A DNA stretch of 64,000 nucleotides from Marsupella aquatica (GCA_973895155.1 OZ316893.1:20030857-20094856); one strand, 5' to 3'; positions 12,965 through 27,290 are shown, numbered from the stretch's first letter. Program-made: numbers and translations. Notes: a model not told the origin generated them from the letters alone.

Positions 12965-13306
12965 TGTTATGCATTTGTTCTTGGATGTAGGGTTACTATG
13001 TAAGTGTAATTAGTGTAAAGTAATCAAGTAATTGATTGAAATTAGATGTGTCATTACTATATCCATTAGCGAGACTTAGTGTGTGAGTGTAACTTAGGCT
13101 CATTGTTAGGAAGCCATCTAAAAGATATGAGAGTTTAGTCTATGACGACTCAGTATGACTGATGAGTTGATAGTTGAGTAAACCTCTCTTGAGTGTTCTC
13201 ATATGTGAACGTAAAGTCTAATGAGGTGACAACTCATCTCTTGTATGGACTTCTTGTGTGTTTGTTATGTTGCAATGTACATGCTGTAAGGGTCATTCAC
13301 TTGACA
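12965..13306 (+). mobile_element. Degenerate solo LTR of the same copia family (~342 bp)
   Basis: TGTTAT...TTGACA termini and the same length as the 343-bp LTR. Shares GTAACTTAGGCTCATTGTTA, GTATGAC, GTAAA-CTCT and GAGGTGA. Confidence 0.65.
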
Positions 13307-14400
13307 GACTATACAATAATGAGTTGATCTTCATAATTACTTTGTCTTCCACGTACACCAAAATGAATGGTGGCTCTGAGGGCTAAAAGCAGCATCCCAG
13401 ACCTGAGACAAACAGAGGGGCTTGCATAGGGAATGCAATCAATTCAAACCAAGACATGGAGCAATGGAGAGTAAAATTGGAGGAGGAAATTCTGTAAACA
13501 ATGGACAGCACTTTTTAAGAGTGTAAAATGACCACTCACTTTGAATTAAAGGGCTTGGATGAAATCTTAGTGTCTGAAGAACATATGTGTCCATCCAATC
13601 GTTTCTGCGAAGCAAGCATGTTATGGCACCTAAAGAGACTAACATTTCCACAATGAAATGCACTATCTGAATCAAAGGTACCATATTGGAATGATCCAGG
13701 CAGGTTGCTATAGTCCTTAGCATCCCATCAAAGTGAAATTCAATAGGTTTTCAATTTGGGATTATACAGACAATTTTTAAATATGTTTTTGGTAGACTGG
13801 CAATCAAACTGTTGACAACAGTTAGAACATACGATTGGTTAGGCTCAAATGTCCACAGTGAATGTCTCCAAACTCTGAAAGCAACAGTTCTAATCTTTCA
13901 TATGCTGTTGTGCCAGTCCAAATGCATGGCTATTATGATGTTTGTTTTTACTGAGACCCACACTTCACTGCGTAATTATACAACCTGTATTTTCGTTTCA
14001 CTTGAATTTGATATTTATTTCGCAATTAAGTCCCAATGCGTGAAGTTGGGAACCCGAGGTGGGTATCCGATATGTATTTTATTCTTCACCTAATTTTCTC
14101 CTAATTAGACAATTCCATTAACTGAAAACAGTAATTTAAAATACTAGCATTGTCGATCTTAACGATGTACTGTACTGGGAGTTTTGCGGTCTTGTTTTGT
14201 GTTGGATCATGGACGTCATCATTCATGGTCCAATGATTGTTACAAATCTCGCTACACGTATTGCAGCTGCACATTTTTTTTCTAACTTTTGGTTTTATTC
14301 TCAATCTACTACACGAGATGTACAAGTGCACGTGGAGCATGAAAACCAGACCAGAAGTCTCCATATTTTAAAGTCCACAGAAATTTAATACTACACTAGC

Positions 14401-14764
14401 CAGGGCTTGTTTAAGGTGTTTGGCAAGCAGCCACCTGGCGATTGCCAGTCGGGGTGCCTAATAAGAAGAGATGGCAAACTCATGCACCCCTGCAAGATGA
14501 GAAGCACAGATTATCAAATGATGAGTAAAACTGAAAGTTGAAAGCAAGGGATGCAAGATGAAAATGAGTTAAGGGAGAGTTGGGTAAAGTTTGGAGATAA
14601 AAGCTATGGCAAAAGTTGGGGAGGGAGAGCCAAGAGCAAAGCTAACTTGGGACGCGAGTGGAGTCAGGCAACGATGTTGCCTCGAAATGCCTTAGCATCT
14701 TCTTCATCACAAGGCGACATTTGCCACCTGGTCAAGAGTCGGAAACCTTTTAAAAATTACGCTC
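14401..14764. mobile_element. Probable degenerate hAT-type MITE
   Basis: Left end CAGGGCTTGTTTAAGG; right end CCTTTTAAAAATTACGCT resembles the TIR of the 47060-47344 MITE. No intact TSD. Confidence 0.4.
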
Positions 14765-17700
14765 ATAGGAACATCATTTTGTTAATCTCGGATTCCAACT
14801 CGTTAATCCGTATCATGCTAACGAAAGTCTATCCATTTGGCACCCAAAGCGTTTATAGAGTGGGTGCTCATTAATCCACACGGTATAGTCCCTCTAATTA
14901 ATGCATCCTTGACTTGAGTTAATGTTAGCCCAAGCTATATTTCTGTTGCCGAGGCTCTGTCTTCTCTGAACGATCCCGTAGAGTTGATGCCGAGATTGTG
15001 CTGTACGTATGTCTATCCCTTCCACGTACTGTACTTTCAGGTCACGTACACAGTAACATATACTGTAGATACTCACATTCAATACGTGTTCCACAGGTAC
15101 TATACTCTACAGTGGTGCCATCCCGGTTTGCGCCAAATAATAATTAGTTTTATTCGATGTAATAACCCGAGGCAATTATGTTATTCTCCTGATTTCGTTT
15201 TCTAATTTTCAAAATAATGTAGTAAACACCTAAAAGTCACTGTTTACACCAAGATCCTGAGAACATTCTGAAAATTTATATTACACGAGTTTGAGGTTTA
15301 ACAAGTTCATTTATTAAATTTCAATTGAACCAATGAGTGTACACTGAACAGCAAGAGTAAATGTCTACATCAAGATACCTTAGAATATGATTAAAATTTA
15401 GATCACAAAATTCTGTTGAGGTTTGAGAAGCCTCCAAAATATTTTGTCAGCGAAATTCGAAATCTCAATAATTATTTGTTTCGTGCTTCCCACACAGCAC
15501 TAAGGTAGGAAACCTGAGGAGGAGGAATATGATCTAGAATCAGTTGATCTGGATAGTTGACTGTTGGCAGAACAAACTCCTCAGATCTCGTACCACATAT
15601 TGCAACTAAAAGAGTACTCCATCCGTAGGCAATTGGTACTGCAACTCTAGCCTTGCTGGAGAGGGCAGGCCATGTCGTTCAATTTGGTTGTGCATTCCAC
15701 TTCCCGCCAGCGTGTCTCGTTTCGGGCTTTTGGCCAAAAACCACCACTCCAATTTGCCTTGGTTTTTACACACTCAGAAAACATTGGAAAATCCTTGAAA
15801 AAGTCCAGGGCAAATGGCCATAACTGCATTGTCCGTGGTTTCCTCAGTTGGTCCGTAGGGCCTTAGGGGGGTTCATCACATAGGGTAGTTGGCTGGTCGG
15901 GTGATTTCCCCTTCCCTTACCAATATCTCTGACTTGGACCGGGTCACCAGTTTCCCTTCTTATTCCCAATTTACTCTTACTTTTGCTTGGGTTGCCTATT
16001 CTCTTTATTTCTTGTTGGAATGGACTCGTCAGAAACTTTTCACAGAAAATGGTCTCTCTGCCTACTTCCAGGTGGGGCAGTTGGGCCGCAGACTGGCTCT
16101 CCGGAGTCTAGTTGGGGCAGCCACTCGCCACTTTGGCTGCACTTAAAAGCCCATATGCGACGCGATCCCTTTGCCTAACATTGTGATGCCTGAATGGTGC
16201 AACATTCTTCCAATTGCCATCTAGAGTCTGCCATGTCTGAAAATGTATCGAGTACGTGTAATTTAAGAGGGCATCATTAATGCGTACTAAAAACGTAGAA
16301 GGTACGAATGAAAGGTTTTTCCAGTCAAACTCTTGATTTCTTGTGTTATATCCGTTTGTGTTTGAATTCCCATCTCGTACTTTAATATTTGGCGTTGGGC
16401 AAATTGCTTTTCGATCATAAGTGTTTCTTTGCGAATTTAGATGCTGTACTATGCTCTCGGGGAGTAATTGATATGGTACAAGTAGATCGCTAGTCTTAAT
16501 TACTAGAGTGAAGGATTCAGGGTTGTTTGTCGAACCCGGTTCATTGGCAAATTCCAAGGGGTGACCCTCATTTGGGGCCCCTTTCGGGCAGGGGAAAAAT
16601 GACCCGTTTTCAAACTATGCTTTACTAATATAGCATGTTCGTTCTAAGACACAGCTATTTTAACTTATTGACAATAATATCAATTGTATTCTATGTAAAT
16701 ATCAAATAACAATTATAGCATAGTATTCAAATGCATTAAAACAGAGAATCAAATAAATAAATAGAATAAAAATACACACCTTTAAAGTGAAGAAATTACC
16801 GTACTTTTTAGGTGAAAAACAAATACATAACTTATAAGTCTGTTAGCTTTATACTCTAGCTTTGTACTCTATTTTTAGGCCCCATTGAAGGCCCTATTGA
16901 AAGATTCACTATTTAGGTGACACCTGTTAGCCTCTAAACCATAAGGGTTGGAAAGTTTTTCACCAATGGACATATAACCTACAGGGCATCTCTGGTTTTT
17001 GTACTGGGTGCATCCTGGTGAGTCTGACCATCTCGTGCAATAGAGGATGAATGGCAGAAAAAAAATCTCATCAAATACATGATAAGCTATCACAATAAAA
17101 CATATCAAATCAAATGAAATCATAAACTTGAAATAATTAAAGGGGTTAAATAATTTGTTAAATTCAAACCAATACAAAGTGAAATGATACACTAGGCCAG
17201 ATTTAAAAGAAAATTCAGAACTCATATTTCTAATAAGACAAAATAAGGTAGAAGGTGTTCGCCATATAGCAATGTCGGAAAATATACTAACAAGTAAATT
17301 AGAACATAAGAAACAGTAATCCGAATAAAAACAATGCCCAGATGTCAATTCGGACAAGACTCATCCTGCTAAGTGACAAAAGTAGTCTTTTTTCAGAATG
17401 ATCTCAGTTACGTGGATGCAAGGTACTAGTGTATGAGAGCTTGTAGAAGACCTTTAGCCATGATAAATCCCCTCGATGATGCCAAAGAACGAAATGATTG
17501 AGACAAACTATCAGGGGAAAAACAAGGAGAAAACCTTAGGAGCACCAATAGAACCAATAGCCCATGAGGGCCCCGTTTCAGCAAAAGAACTACACCCTTA
17601 GAGAGAAGTAAACCTCTAGAATCAACAGCATAGGGGGGTCACGATTTGATCCAAGGGCATGATCTGGTTATAAGGAGCGCAGGTTGGGTGGGTGAAAGTG

Positions 17701-18275
17701 GGAATCATCATAGATCAAAACATTACTGCCATGACTGGAAGGATCCAATTAACTGATATATCGTTCAACAACCAAAAGCCAGTCAGGCTAGACAACAAGA
17801 AACCTTTGCACCGCGCAATGTTCTAGCTCAGAGCTGACCTGCCACTCATTGATATTTACTATTTTGAAACAAAGAAAATAAAGCTTGGAGTGGGAGTCGG
17901 GGTTGACTTGTTTGACACGTTTAAAGTCTTTCGAAACTGATGCTATCTATAAAATACTGAGCTCATGTGATAATCATGTACGTCAGCAAGAATCATTTTT
18001 AAAGCAACAAAACAAACTCGATACATAAAAATATAAAATCGTGTAAACATTGGGGAGTGTATCTACAGGGATTCTCAAGCACCATGGAAACTTAGATACC
18101 GCTTCGAGATTCAAAAGGATAGCTGAATAACCTGTTCATGGCACACATGAACTAAGTTATCCATAAGTAGCATTATGTTTGTGGGTTCTATAATATTGTA
18201 TTCAGGTAGAATGACATTATAGAGGCTCAGTAATGAGGTTCACACACGGTGCCTGTCCACAAAAAAAGATGCTCA

Positions 18276-18415
18276 TTTTTTTTTTCAAAGTGTCAAAGTT
18301 TGTGAATGAATCTCATTGTTGGGTGAGATTTGATACAAAAAGAACTTTGCATCAGGCTGGATTCAAACCCAACACCTCCTTGGCCCAACTTTGCTGGTCT
18401 ACCAATGACCCAAGG
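18276..18415 (-). mobile_element. tRNA-derived SINE-like element
   Basis: On the minus strand: A-box-like TGGGTCATTGGTAGA, B-box-like GGTTTGAATCC, then a ~75-nt body and an A10 tail (T-run 18276-18285). No TSD found. Confidence 0.45.
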
Positions 18416-21400
18416 TCTGCTGCACAGCAATGTCTACTTGCTTCTTGTACGTATATTAATACTAAGATTGGGCAATGGCTGCAGGCAACAACCACCCTAC
18501 CCATATCTGGATTCTACATTTATATGCATCAAATGCAGTAGAAAAAATTGTCCACAACATTATCTTTAAATTGAGTAAAAGTCAGGTGACCAGACAATAG
18601 GACACTATGGGGAATCAAACAGTTGGGCTGGCAAGTGGTTTCTAGGAGTGTCCCAGTTGTGAGGCAACTGACCGCTTGGTTGCAGGAAAGGTCCATAACA
18701 TTGGACAAAATTATTAAAGTAATCGAACCCCTAAGGAGGCTTCCTGCTAAAATGATATTTTGTAAACAGAAAGCAAAAGAAAGAGAATAATGTTGTATTA
18801 TAGAGTTATTAATTTAGCTTCAATAAGATTTCTGTTGGATAAAAATAAATAAATACAAACTAAACATAAAGACCAGCCAACCGTAACTTAAGGTTAAGGA
18901 GGTGCGCAGGCAGGGGGTTTGTTATTTCATCTAGGCTTTAAGATGTCATTCCTTACAAGAATAAATGCACATTATCCTAAGACATGAACGAAGTACCATT
19001 TTTAGTGTTTACATCAGACATGCTCGAGCCACTACTACTTCATTCCCTGTATCCAAAATTCCAGTCGTTTAGGTGTCTTAAATTGAAATGGTACGTCGAT
19101 GAACATTTTCAGGCACGGCAGATTCATGGTGTACGTGTTACAGTTGTGTGGGTGCTTAGTCGGGGTTTAGAAAATATGCTCCCCGGGAAACAGCAACAAA
19201 TATTTCTTATGTTTGAAATAGTGTGACAGACATTTGTTGTCTGGTTGGCATTCGCCGAGCTCGGGAATAAATCACAATGTTTTGACCATGCAATTCGGAT
19301 GTACCAAGCTTTTTGAGACCTGAAAGTGTGACCAATTATATAGAAAGAATTATCCTCTATATGTCTTATAATAAATAATTCCACCACTAACATAGATGGC
19401 CCACAAGTTTGAATGCAGATATAAATGAAAATTCACGAGTGCATTTCTTGGAAAAAGTACCCAGCAAAATCTACTTTTGAAGCCACGAATCCCGCCAAAA
19501 GTACTCCTCGTTTGTGTTTACAAACTTGAAAGAGTGAACCAATTACTCGCCACTAGATGTTTTCGAGGTTTTGTTTTGAGTCTTTTGACAGTGTTGGATT
19601 GACAAAAGTGAGATAGCCGAAGGGTGACGCCTACTTGAATAATAAGTAGATGATAGGGGGTACATAGTACATGTACAGGCTTTGCCGTATATTTATACAT
19701 GGAGGTACGGTATGATTAACTGGCAATCCCTTACATTGAGTTTGTACATAGGAACTTGAACTTGAGTTTTAAGAGGACGGGAATTTTGAATTTTCTTAAG
19801 ACTCAATTTTTTATATTTTCCTCGCTATTAAGATTCTCTGAGGGTCTTAATTTTCTGCGTTCTGGGGTTGGGGCCAAATGTACGGGGCCAAGGGTGAATC
19901 TTGGCTTGCATTTTTGGAGGTGGGGTGAATTTTGCTCTCTCCATTGCGGGCGGGTTGAATCAATTCCACCAGATGATTCCACCTCCCACATTTCCTTTCT
20001 GCATTTGAAATGCACTTATCTCTGTTGTGGATTTTTTAATTTTCTTGCATTACCCAACATATTGCTGTGCTTCCCTGAGATTCCCTGTTTGGCTCCAATA
20101 GATTTTTCTTTGTTTTCCCTTTGGAATTATGTTCCTTTGGAACACATTGGTGCCTTGAACTAATTCACCCACATCTTTTGTGTTGACTGACAGAATCATT
20201 CTAGATGGACAATACCTTGCACCTGAATTCCTGCTCTCTTTCCCCTGTTAGAAAGATGCAAGAAAAGGTAAGAAAGGAGGAGTGGAGAGGGAATGAAAGG
20301 GCAAGCGGCAATCCAATTTCCTTCTGCCTGATACCTTTGCTCAACCTTTCCTTGTCTGTCTCACTTTGGCTCTCACTCCAACTCTCCCAAACTTTCTCCT
20401 ACAATCCTTGCTTTCACCTTGCAACCATCCGCACCATTCAACAACTCAGAATTTGTACCACTTGTGATAACATTTTCACAAGGACCAAAACTTTTCTCAA
20501 GGGTGTTAAACTTCCCGCTTTGAGATTATACTGAGTGTCCGCAACTACACACTTCTTCCTGTAGATTTAACAGTTCTGAGCACATCTGCACCAACAACTC
20601 AGTTGTGCCAATGCCAGTTGTTCAAGGCATGGACATTCAGATAGTCTAAGGACAAAGTAAGTTGACTCAAAGGTAATGAGAAGTCTATTTAACCACGAAA
20701 AAAAGGAGAGCAAACCTCTTAAGATTAGTGTACCCAACTAGAAACTCATCAAGGGAACAAGCGTGACTCCACATTTTGCACAGAGAATGTCAAGATGAAG
20801 TAATGAAATGTTGTGGATATAACTAGGAAACTTATTGAGAGATCTTATGTGTCATTGAGGCAAGGAAGTCATTAAGGTCCATAAGTGATCCATGAAAGGG
20901 AGCCTTGTGGATGCAAGCTGAACTTTTGAACTCAATGTTTCACTGCAATTGTGTTGTTGTGATCAGGCTGTCATTGTTGCAGAAATGTTGCCATTTTTGC
21001 TTAATTTGTCAGCTGCAGAGTTATCATATGGTTCAGAAGTGTAGTCATTTTGGTCGGTGGTTGTTTTGATGGAAATGTTATTATTTTGGTCAACTAGCTC
21101 AATACCTGTGCATTGCACTAAAGGTGTTGTTCCATAAAAGATGTCGTTATTTCAAACATGTTGTCAAGTAAAAAAATATTGTTTAAAAGTAAAAGATATT
21201 GACTGTGTCACCAATTATGTTAAGTAAGAGAACGTCCTTAGTATAAACTGTTGTCAAGTAAAAGATGTTTTGAAGAACAAAATGTCATTAATAGAAGATG
21301 TGGTTGACGTAACAATCATCTGTTGTTAACCAAAGGATGCCGCTAGGTACAAGATGTCGCTGAATAAAAGATGGTGTTGAGGTGAAAGAGTCTTTAAGCT

Positions 21401-23984
21401 GGGCTGTGGGCTGAACAATGCTGTTGCCTCAATGGGTCTTGGCATTGGGTCGAGGCGGTGAGGTGGTTAGAGTCAAGGCGAGGCGAGGTGAGGTGACAGG
21501 GTCACGGCAAGAAGGCGAACAAGCTAGAAGGGAGGGTAGCGGTGTGGGGTCAAGGTCGGGGCAAGGGGGGAGAGTCATGCCACCAAGTTTTGCAGGGCAA
21601 GAAGGGAGGGTTGGGTCATGTTTTTTTGTTATATACCTTTCACTTTAATTTTCCATTTTGATTTTCTTCACCTAAAATGCCCCTGCATATTTCAGTGACA
21701 CTCCATGAATTGGCGCAATGTTGTATTATAGGTGTTAATGTTATTGTTGCAAAAGTGAGTTTTTTTTCGTTTTCGCCCTCTCCTCCTAAGCAAATGAGAT
21801 GTCCAACCAGTATATACTGCCTCTAAGCCAGAAACTTGCCAAGTAAATCATCACTCCATGCTGTTTTTTAGTTCAGGACCTTGTACACCAGGCAGATGCA
21901 TCGTGACTCCGAGAGTCAGTCCCTGACAGAAGGAAGTGGAGGTGGGAAGGAGAGTGAAAATTTAAAACAGAAAGTTAGTGGGCGAGCATGCCCGCACATC
22001 AGAAGTGCTCTGAGATTAATGAACATCCTCAGTTTCTCGTTAGTGCTCACGCTGCAATCACCTAGGGGTGCAACCCATCATTACCACTCACTATGCAACT
22101 GTGATGACTTCTGATCAGTCTGATCGATGCCACAATTCCTTCTGCAGCACCCGCTGTCGTAGTTCGGGTTGGCTGGGCGCCATAGGTGAGCAGAAAATGT
22201 TCTCCTCCCTGCGCTCTAGTGGCGCTGGCTGTTGAAAGAGGAGATCGAGAAGAGAAGCTACCACTGCAGACTACAAAGGACCATCATTCTGATCAAGCAT
22301 TGCACCGCGCAGCTAGGCCAGGAGGCCAGGAGGGCAGGGCAGGGCAGGGCAGGTGCGGTCTGAAATCCTCCTGACAAATTGCCTGGGCTTCAATCTTCTC
22401 GTTCTGTAACGTTTGCACTTTAGGAATCATTTTATTTCCAAATCATTCTGCTATCCAATCCACGCTTCCGTAAGTTTTTCGTAGTCTGTGGTTCTGTAAA
22501 GTTCCATGCAGCCATAGACTTCGATCTCGAGGCAACGATCACATTCTAGAAGAGCCTGATTATAGTAATTTTATATCATCGCTGGCCATCGGGATAGCTG
22601 TACCGGCGAATCAGATATCCGGATCGCTACAATAGCGAGCGCCCCACACTCTCCTATTAATTAAAGGGAGCATTTGCCTTTCTCGAAAGGTGAATGAGAA
22701 TCAAGGTCCCCACGTTCGCGGTGCCCTCGCTGTCTGCTGTTTGTTTCATTGGATGGAATTGAATGAATTTTTGAGTCAAATAAAAAAAACGGGTCGCAGT
22801 TGGTGGCATTGAACAAGGAGAGTTCGATTTGAAAGAACTGTTTCAATGAATTAGTAGTTTCACGAACAAGTTTCACGGGAGAGCTTAATTTTATATGAAA
22901 CCCAAAACAAACTGAGAGTAGTTTGCTTGATCTGATGGACTTTAGAGCTTGATGTCATGTGAAATTCAACACCAATTGACAAGGATGCGTTTTCACATGG
23001 ACGCTCTCCTTCATCTAGGAACTAGTTGTTGTGAGAAAAGTATCCCGGAAGCTCGGCGAGGGTTTGGTTGTTGCTTGAAGCTTCAATTCGGAATACTTGA
23101 AAGAGGTTCCTCTAGTTATTATGCATGACCTACTATTGTGTGCCAATTTGCACATACCGCGAGACGGATTGCTTTCGGGACAGGTAAGGTGCCAACACCT
23201 AAAATTAACGCTCCCCTAAACACTACTGAACTGAACCCCGAAACGGAAGTGATGAAGTTTATTACTAAAGCTACTGTCCGCCGTCCCGTTTCTGTAGCTG
23301 ACATAGACCACCAGGCTACAAAGCTTACCTTTTCTTGCTACTCTACAGCTTCCCCGTCCTGTAGTTTCCCTAGCTTCTATGACAACTTATCACTCCCAGA
23401 ACTGGCAAAAGTTACATCGTACCACACTACTGTAGTCAGTTGCTATGACGATGATACGTCTTCGATCATGTACACTGTCGGTCTCAGCGGATCACAGTCT
23501 ACAGCGTAACAGTGCAAGCTGTTGCCATCCTATGATCCTATCTCCTGGTGGCTACAAAACACTACTAGTCTAGGCTAGATCTACCTGGTGTCCTCATTTT
23601 ACCGCGAAATTCATGTACCGATTCAGCTGCCTGCCACCTTGTGCAATTTGATCCGTCTGACCACAACAATCAGCAGCAGCAGCCAGCATTCTTGGATTGC
23701 TGTAACGATGTAGAATTGTAGATCCAAGATGGTGAAACTTTCTACAACATACTGTCTATCGATCTGATCATCGGACGGTGGGATGCGTGAGGTGCATCAA
23801 GAGTAGAGCTTCTTGTCCCATAGCTCTGATTCCCACCAAGGTCGCCTAGGAAGTCGTATACGGTTATCTCCCTCTCTAAATTTGGCACGAGTGCTGAAAC
23901 CAAATTGTTGCCGCGCACCTCGTTTCAAGTCACCACGACCATTCCATCCGGCTCGATCCATACAGGACCGTATTACGGAGTATT

Positions 23985-24287
23985 TTGTATGGAGCCTACG
24001 AGTCGGGTCTCTTCCCTCAAAAATGCAGTTGAGGGAGGAAAAGGCTCTGGCTTCAAATAAATAATCACCCGCCATCCTTACGAATCCTTACGGCTACGTT
24101 GGAAGCCTACGGATTTGAGGAGGAGGAGAACGGTCAGGCTGTGGCTCCCAATCAATCAATCAATCACCCACCATCCCTACGAAATTACGAATCGACACAT
24201 TTCCTTCTTTTATTTGTATGGAAGCTACGGATGGAAGGCTTGAGGCTGGCCCTCAGCTAGTAAATTCACCCGCCATGCCTACGAATC
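23985..24287. repeat. Degenerate ~105-115-bp triplication upstream of the TRM gene
   Basis: Each unit carries GT(A)TGGA(A)GC(C)TACG ... AGGCT ... TCACCC(G/A)CCAT-C-TACGAA. Confidence 0.7.
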
Positions 24288-27200
24288 GGTCTGTTGAGTA
24301 GTTTTCCGCTTCATCGGGACTATTTTAATTTACCGTAGTGACGAGAGACAGCTTCACGAGAAAAGAGTGTCTGTCGTCGGGAAAGCGAGCAACAGAGGTA
24401 GACTGATGCCCTTCCCGTCGCCGGGAGTCCGGTGACTCACCGGCTGTAAGCTATGCTCCGGTAGACTGACATCGTTGGAGGTATACGGAGTATAATAATA
24501 TAGTACGTATCAGGAGTATATTACTATTGTACAGTACCGGCCTCCAGGTGACCCCAAGACATCCCGGCCGGGTCCGCCTCTCGGACATCGGATCGCATCG
24601 ACGGTTGTCCGTAACAGACACGGCCGGCGGGTGGGCGGCCGAGCGGCATTCTTGCGGCGTCGGTGATCCGATGAGAAGGAAGGGAGAGGTGATTGTGGGC
24701 GACCGAATTTAGTCATGCTCTCCGTGCGAATTGAGTGTAGGGGAGGTGCCCAAAAGGAATTCGAGGGAGAGAACGGAAGACTGAGGGGAGATATTCGGGG
24801 ACCGATGATGGCTGATTGAATGTCGATTTGATACAACGGTGGCGGTGGTGGTGGTGGTGGTGGAGCGAGCAAGACTGTTTGTTTGTTGGTTGGTTGAGAT
24901 GACAGCGAGTGAGTGAGTGAAGTGCGAGCATGCGATGCGCACTGAGGAGGATAAACCGAAGAAGGTCGGGTGCTGAGGCCCGCATGCAGATTACGGAGAG
25001 ATCGGGGGGGGGTGAACAGTGGCAATTGGAAAAGGGTATTCTATCTGGGGCTGCCGTGGGAGCGAGTGAGGAGTGTGATGAGTGTGTGGTGAGTGGATTC
25101 TGCGGGGAGAAAGTAGGGAGAGGTGACTGCGGGGCTACGCTAGTGAGTCGTGGGAGGAGAGAGGCAAGAGCAAGGGAGGCGGAGGTGGTGGTGGGGTGGT
25201 GGTCCCAGCGACTGCAGCAGCAGCTGCGTGTTCAGGTGTCGCACTCTGTGTAACTGCTGCTGGGCGCTCTCTTTTCACAGGAGGTAGTTCGCAGATGCAT
25301 GGGTAGCAGACAGCAGCTTCGCAGTTCGAGGAACTGAGAGCGAGGCCTGGCCAGGCTAGGAAAGGAAAGGGAGAAAGCAGGGCCCACACTCGATCATCCA
25401 CCCTCCATGACTATACGCAGCACAGAAGATAACAATTGTGGCAGCAGTGTTAAGGAGTGTTTTACGAGCTTGATTTCGTAAAAGTCTCTCTCTGGTCCTG
25501 CTGCTACGCCTCCTGCTCGGGCGCAGTACAGTGCAGTTCAGTGCAGTAGAACGCTCTTCCTGAGCTTTACACCGGTACTTACAGTTTAGTCTGTGCACCA
25601 AGTACGCTGAGGTTTCTCGCAGAGCCGACAGCGCTGTACCGCCTCGACTACCTCGAGAGATTTCCTTGATTCATTCCCTGGTCGTTGCAAATGCCACGTA
25701 TAGTGCTCGGAGCTATCGGTAGCTGGAATCTCGACTGAATGTCAAACGAAGTTTCTCCAGGAAATGCGTTCAGTCGTGCCGACGGAATGGATGAATGCAT
25801 GATTGCATGGATGCAGTTGCTTCTGCAATGCGAAGTTTATGGTTAGCTGCCGTGGGTTGGAGTGCGTGATGAGTTGATCGGTGCGTCTAGTTCTGTGGAC
25901 GCAATTGTAAATGCGAAGCAGGATAGCCGAGAAAGATTTGGTAGCAAAGACCAGGCAGCAGATTGGCTGGAGTAAAGTGGAGTGGAGGCATAGGACTGCC
26001 TTGTTGCTCGGGCATTTGCAACCTCGACCCTGAAACGCGCATGAGACTCAGTAGTCAGGATCCTTTCGTATGCAAGACAACTGCTGGTTCTCGCAACGGA
26101 TTTATATTTTGCAAGTTTCTCCGTCTAGATTTTGAAATTCGGTCATTCTGTTGGTGAGGACCAACTCATGATCTCCTTGCGGAATTTGAAAGTGGCTTCG
26201 AATCATTCTCGGTGGTCCGAGTATGAGGCAATGCGGTGGCCACTCCACTCATCGTCTGATGTGAGTCCCGTCTCTTTACTTTATGTATTGTAGTTTTGTT
26301 GGCTAGTGAGGACTTCTCGTCAGGGGTGGTACGTCTATCACTACTACTCATAGAATACCGTAAATCACATTAGGCATGGCATCTTCAATCTTCATGGTTT
26401 TCTCCTCTCTCCGCGATCTCTGTGACGACGAGGATACTCATGAGCAGCCCGTGTTCTCGCGGTGACGGTAGAGTTACGTTTGTCACCGATTTCTAGTTGT
26501 AGTGACAAGGCACTGCCAGAGAGATCCAGCCATGGGAATTATGACATACCTCTTCCTTATGCCACATTGCACACACGGGTGTTTGGGCACGAACTTGACC
26601 TTAGATCGTCTCAAACGGACTACACATTTCGCCATCATCGTCATATGAGCCGAATAGTTTCGCAGACGACAGGTTTGTAGAGTCGTGTTTCTTCATCAAT
26701 GAGCCACTCATACTGCCTTTCATCCTTGTAGCATTCTGCTGGAAACTATGTAAAGATCCCCGAAGCCCTACCTGTGCAATGCAACAACTGTGTCTGCTTT
26801 CAACTACCAGTCTCACCTACGAAGCTTACTGAGGATCCATGTCAGTCATCGTTATGCCTGCAGTATAACTTGTCCAGTAGTTTCCAAATTACAGCTCGTA
26901 GTTGATGCGTGCGGACATCCTTGTTAGCCAGAGATAAAGCCTCTATTGTGAGCCCATCATCCAGCTGAAAAGCAAATCTGCAGTTAGCTTCGTCTAGACA
27001 GTACTAGTTTGTCCACCTTAGCACACTTCAGCGCTCCCCTTGAAGAATTTTCCGCGAGTGTCGATTGTCGACTTTGGATTTGGATTTGGATTACTTGTGA
27101 ACACCAGAGCTGCTCACGGCGCTCAGGGGAATTGTTTGTAAGATCTGACAGTATCTCTTGCTCGGGAATAACTGAGCGCTGGAGCCTTACACTGACATGT

Positions 27201-27290
27201 TCACTGTTGCAGATCTCGCACATTTTGTCGAAACATCAGCTACACGTTCGGTGAGATTAAAAGTCGGGTTCTTTTATTAGCTCCTTGACA

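Noticed and set aside
13380-13800. Possible LINE 3' (zinc-finger) remnant on the minus strand
   Set aside because: Only a faint motif resemblance with many stops; unsupported without a search.
16108-16557. 149-aa minus-strand ORF
   Set aside because: No ATG start, no recognisable family and no splice context.
23138-23509. 123-aa ORF
   Set aside because: Non-ATG start and no domain; lies in the TRM upstream region.
24510-25025. Poly-Pro/poly-His ORFs on the minus strand
   Set aside because: Translations of a (GGT)n microsatellite in the TRM leader.
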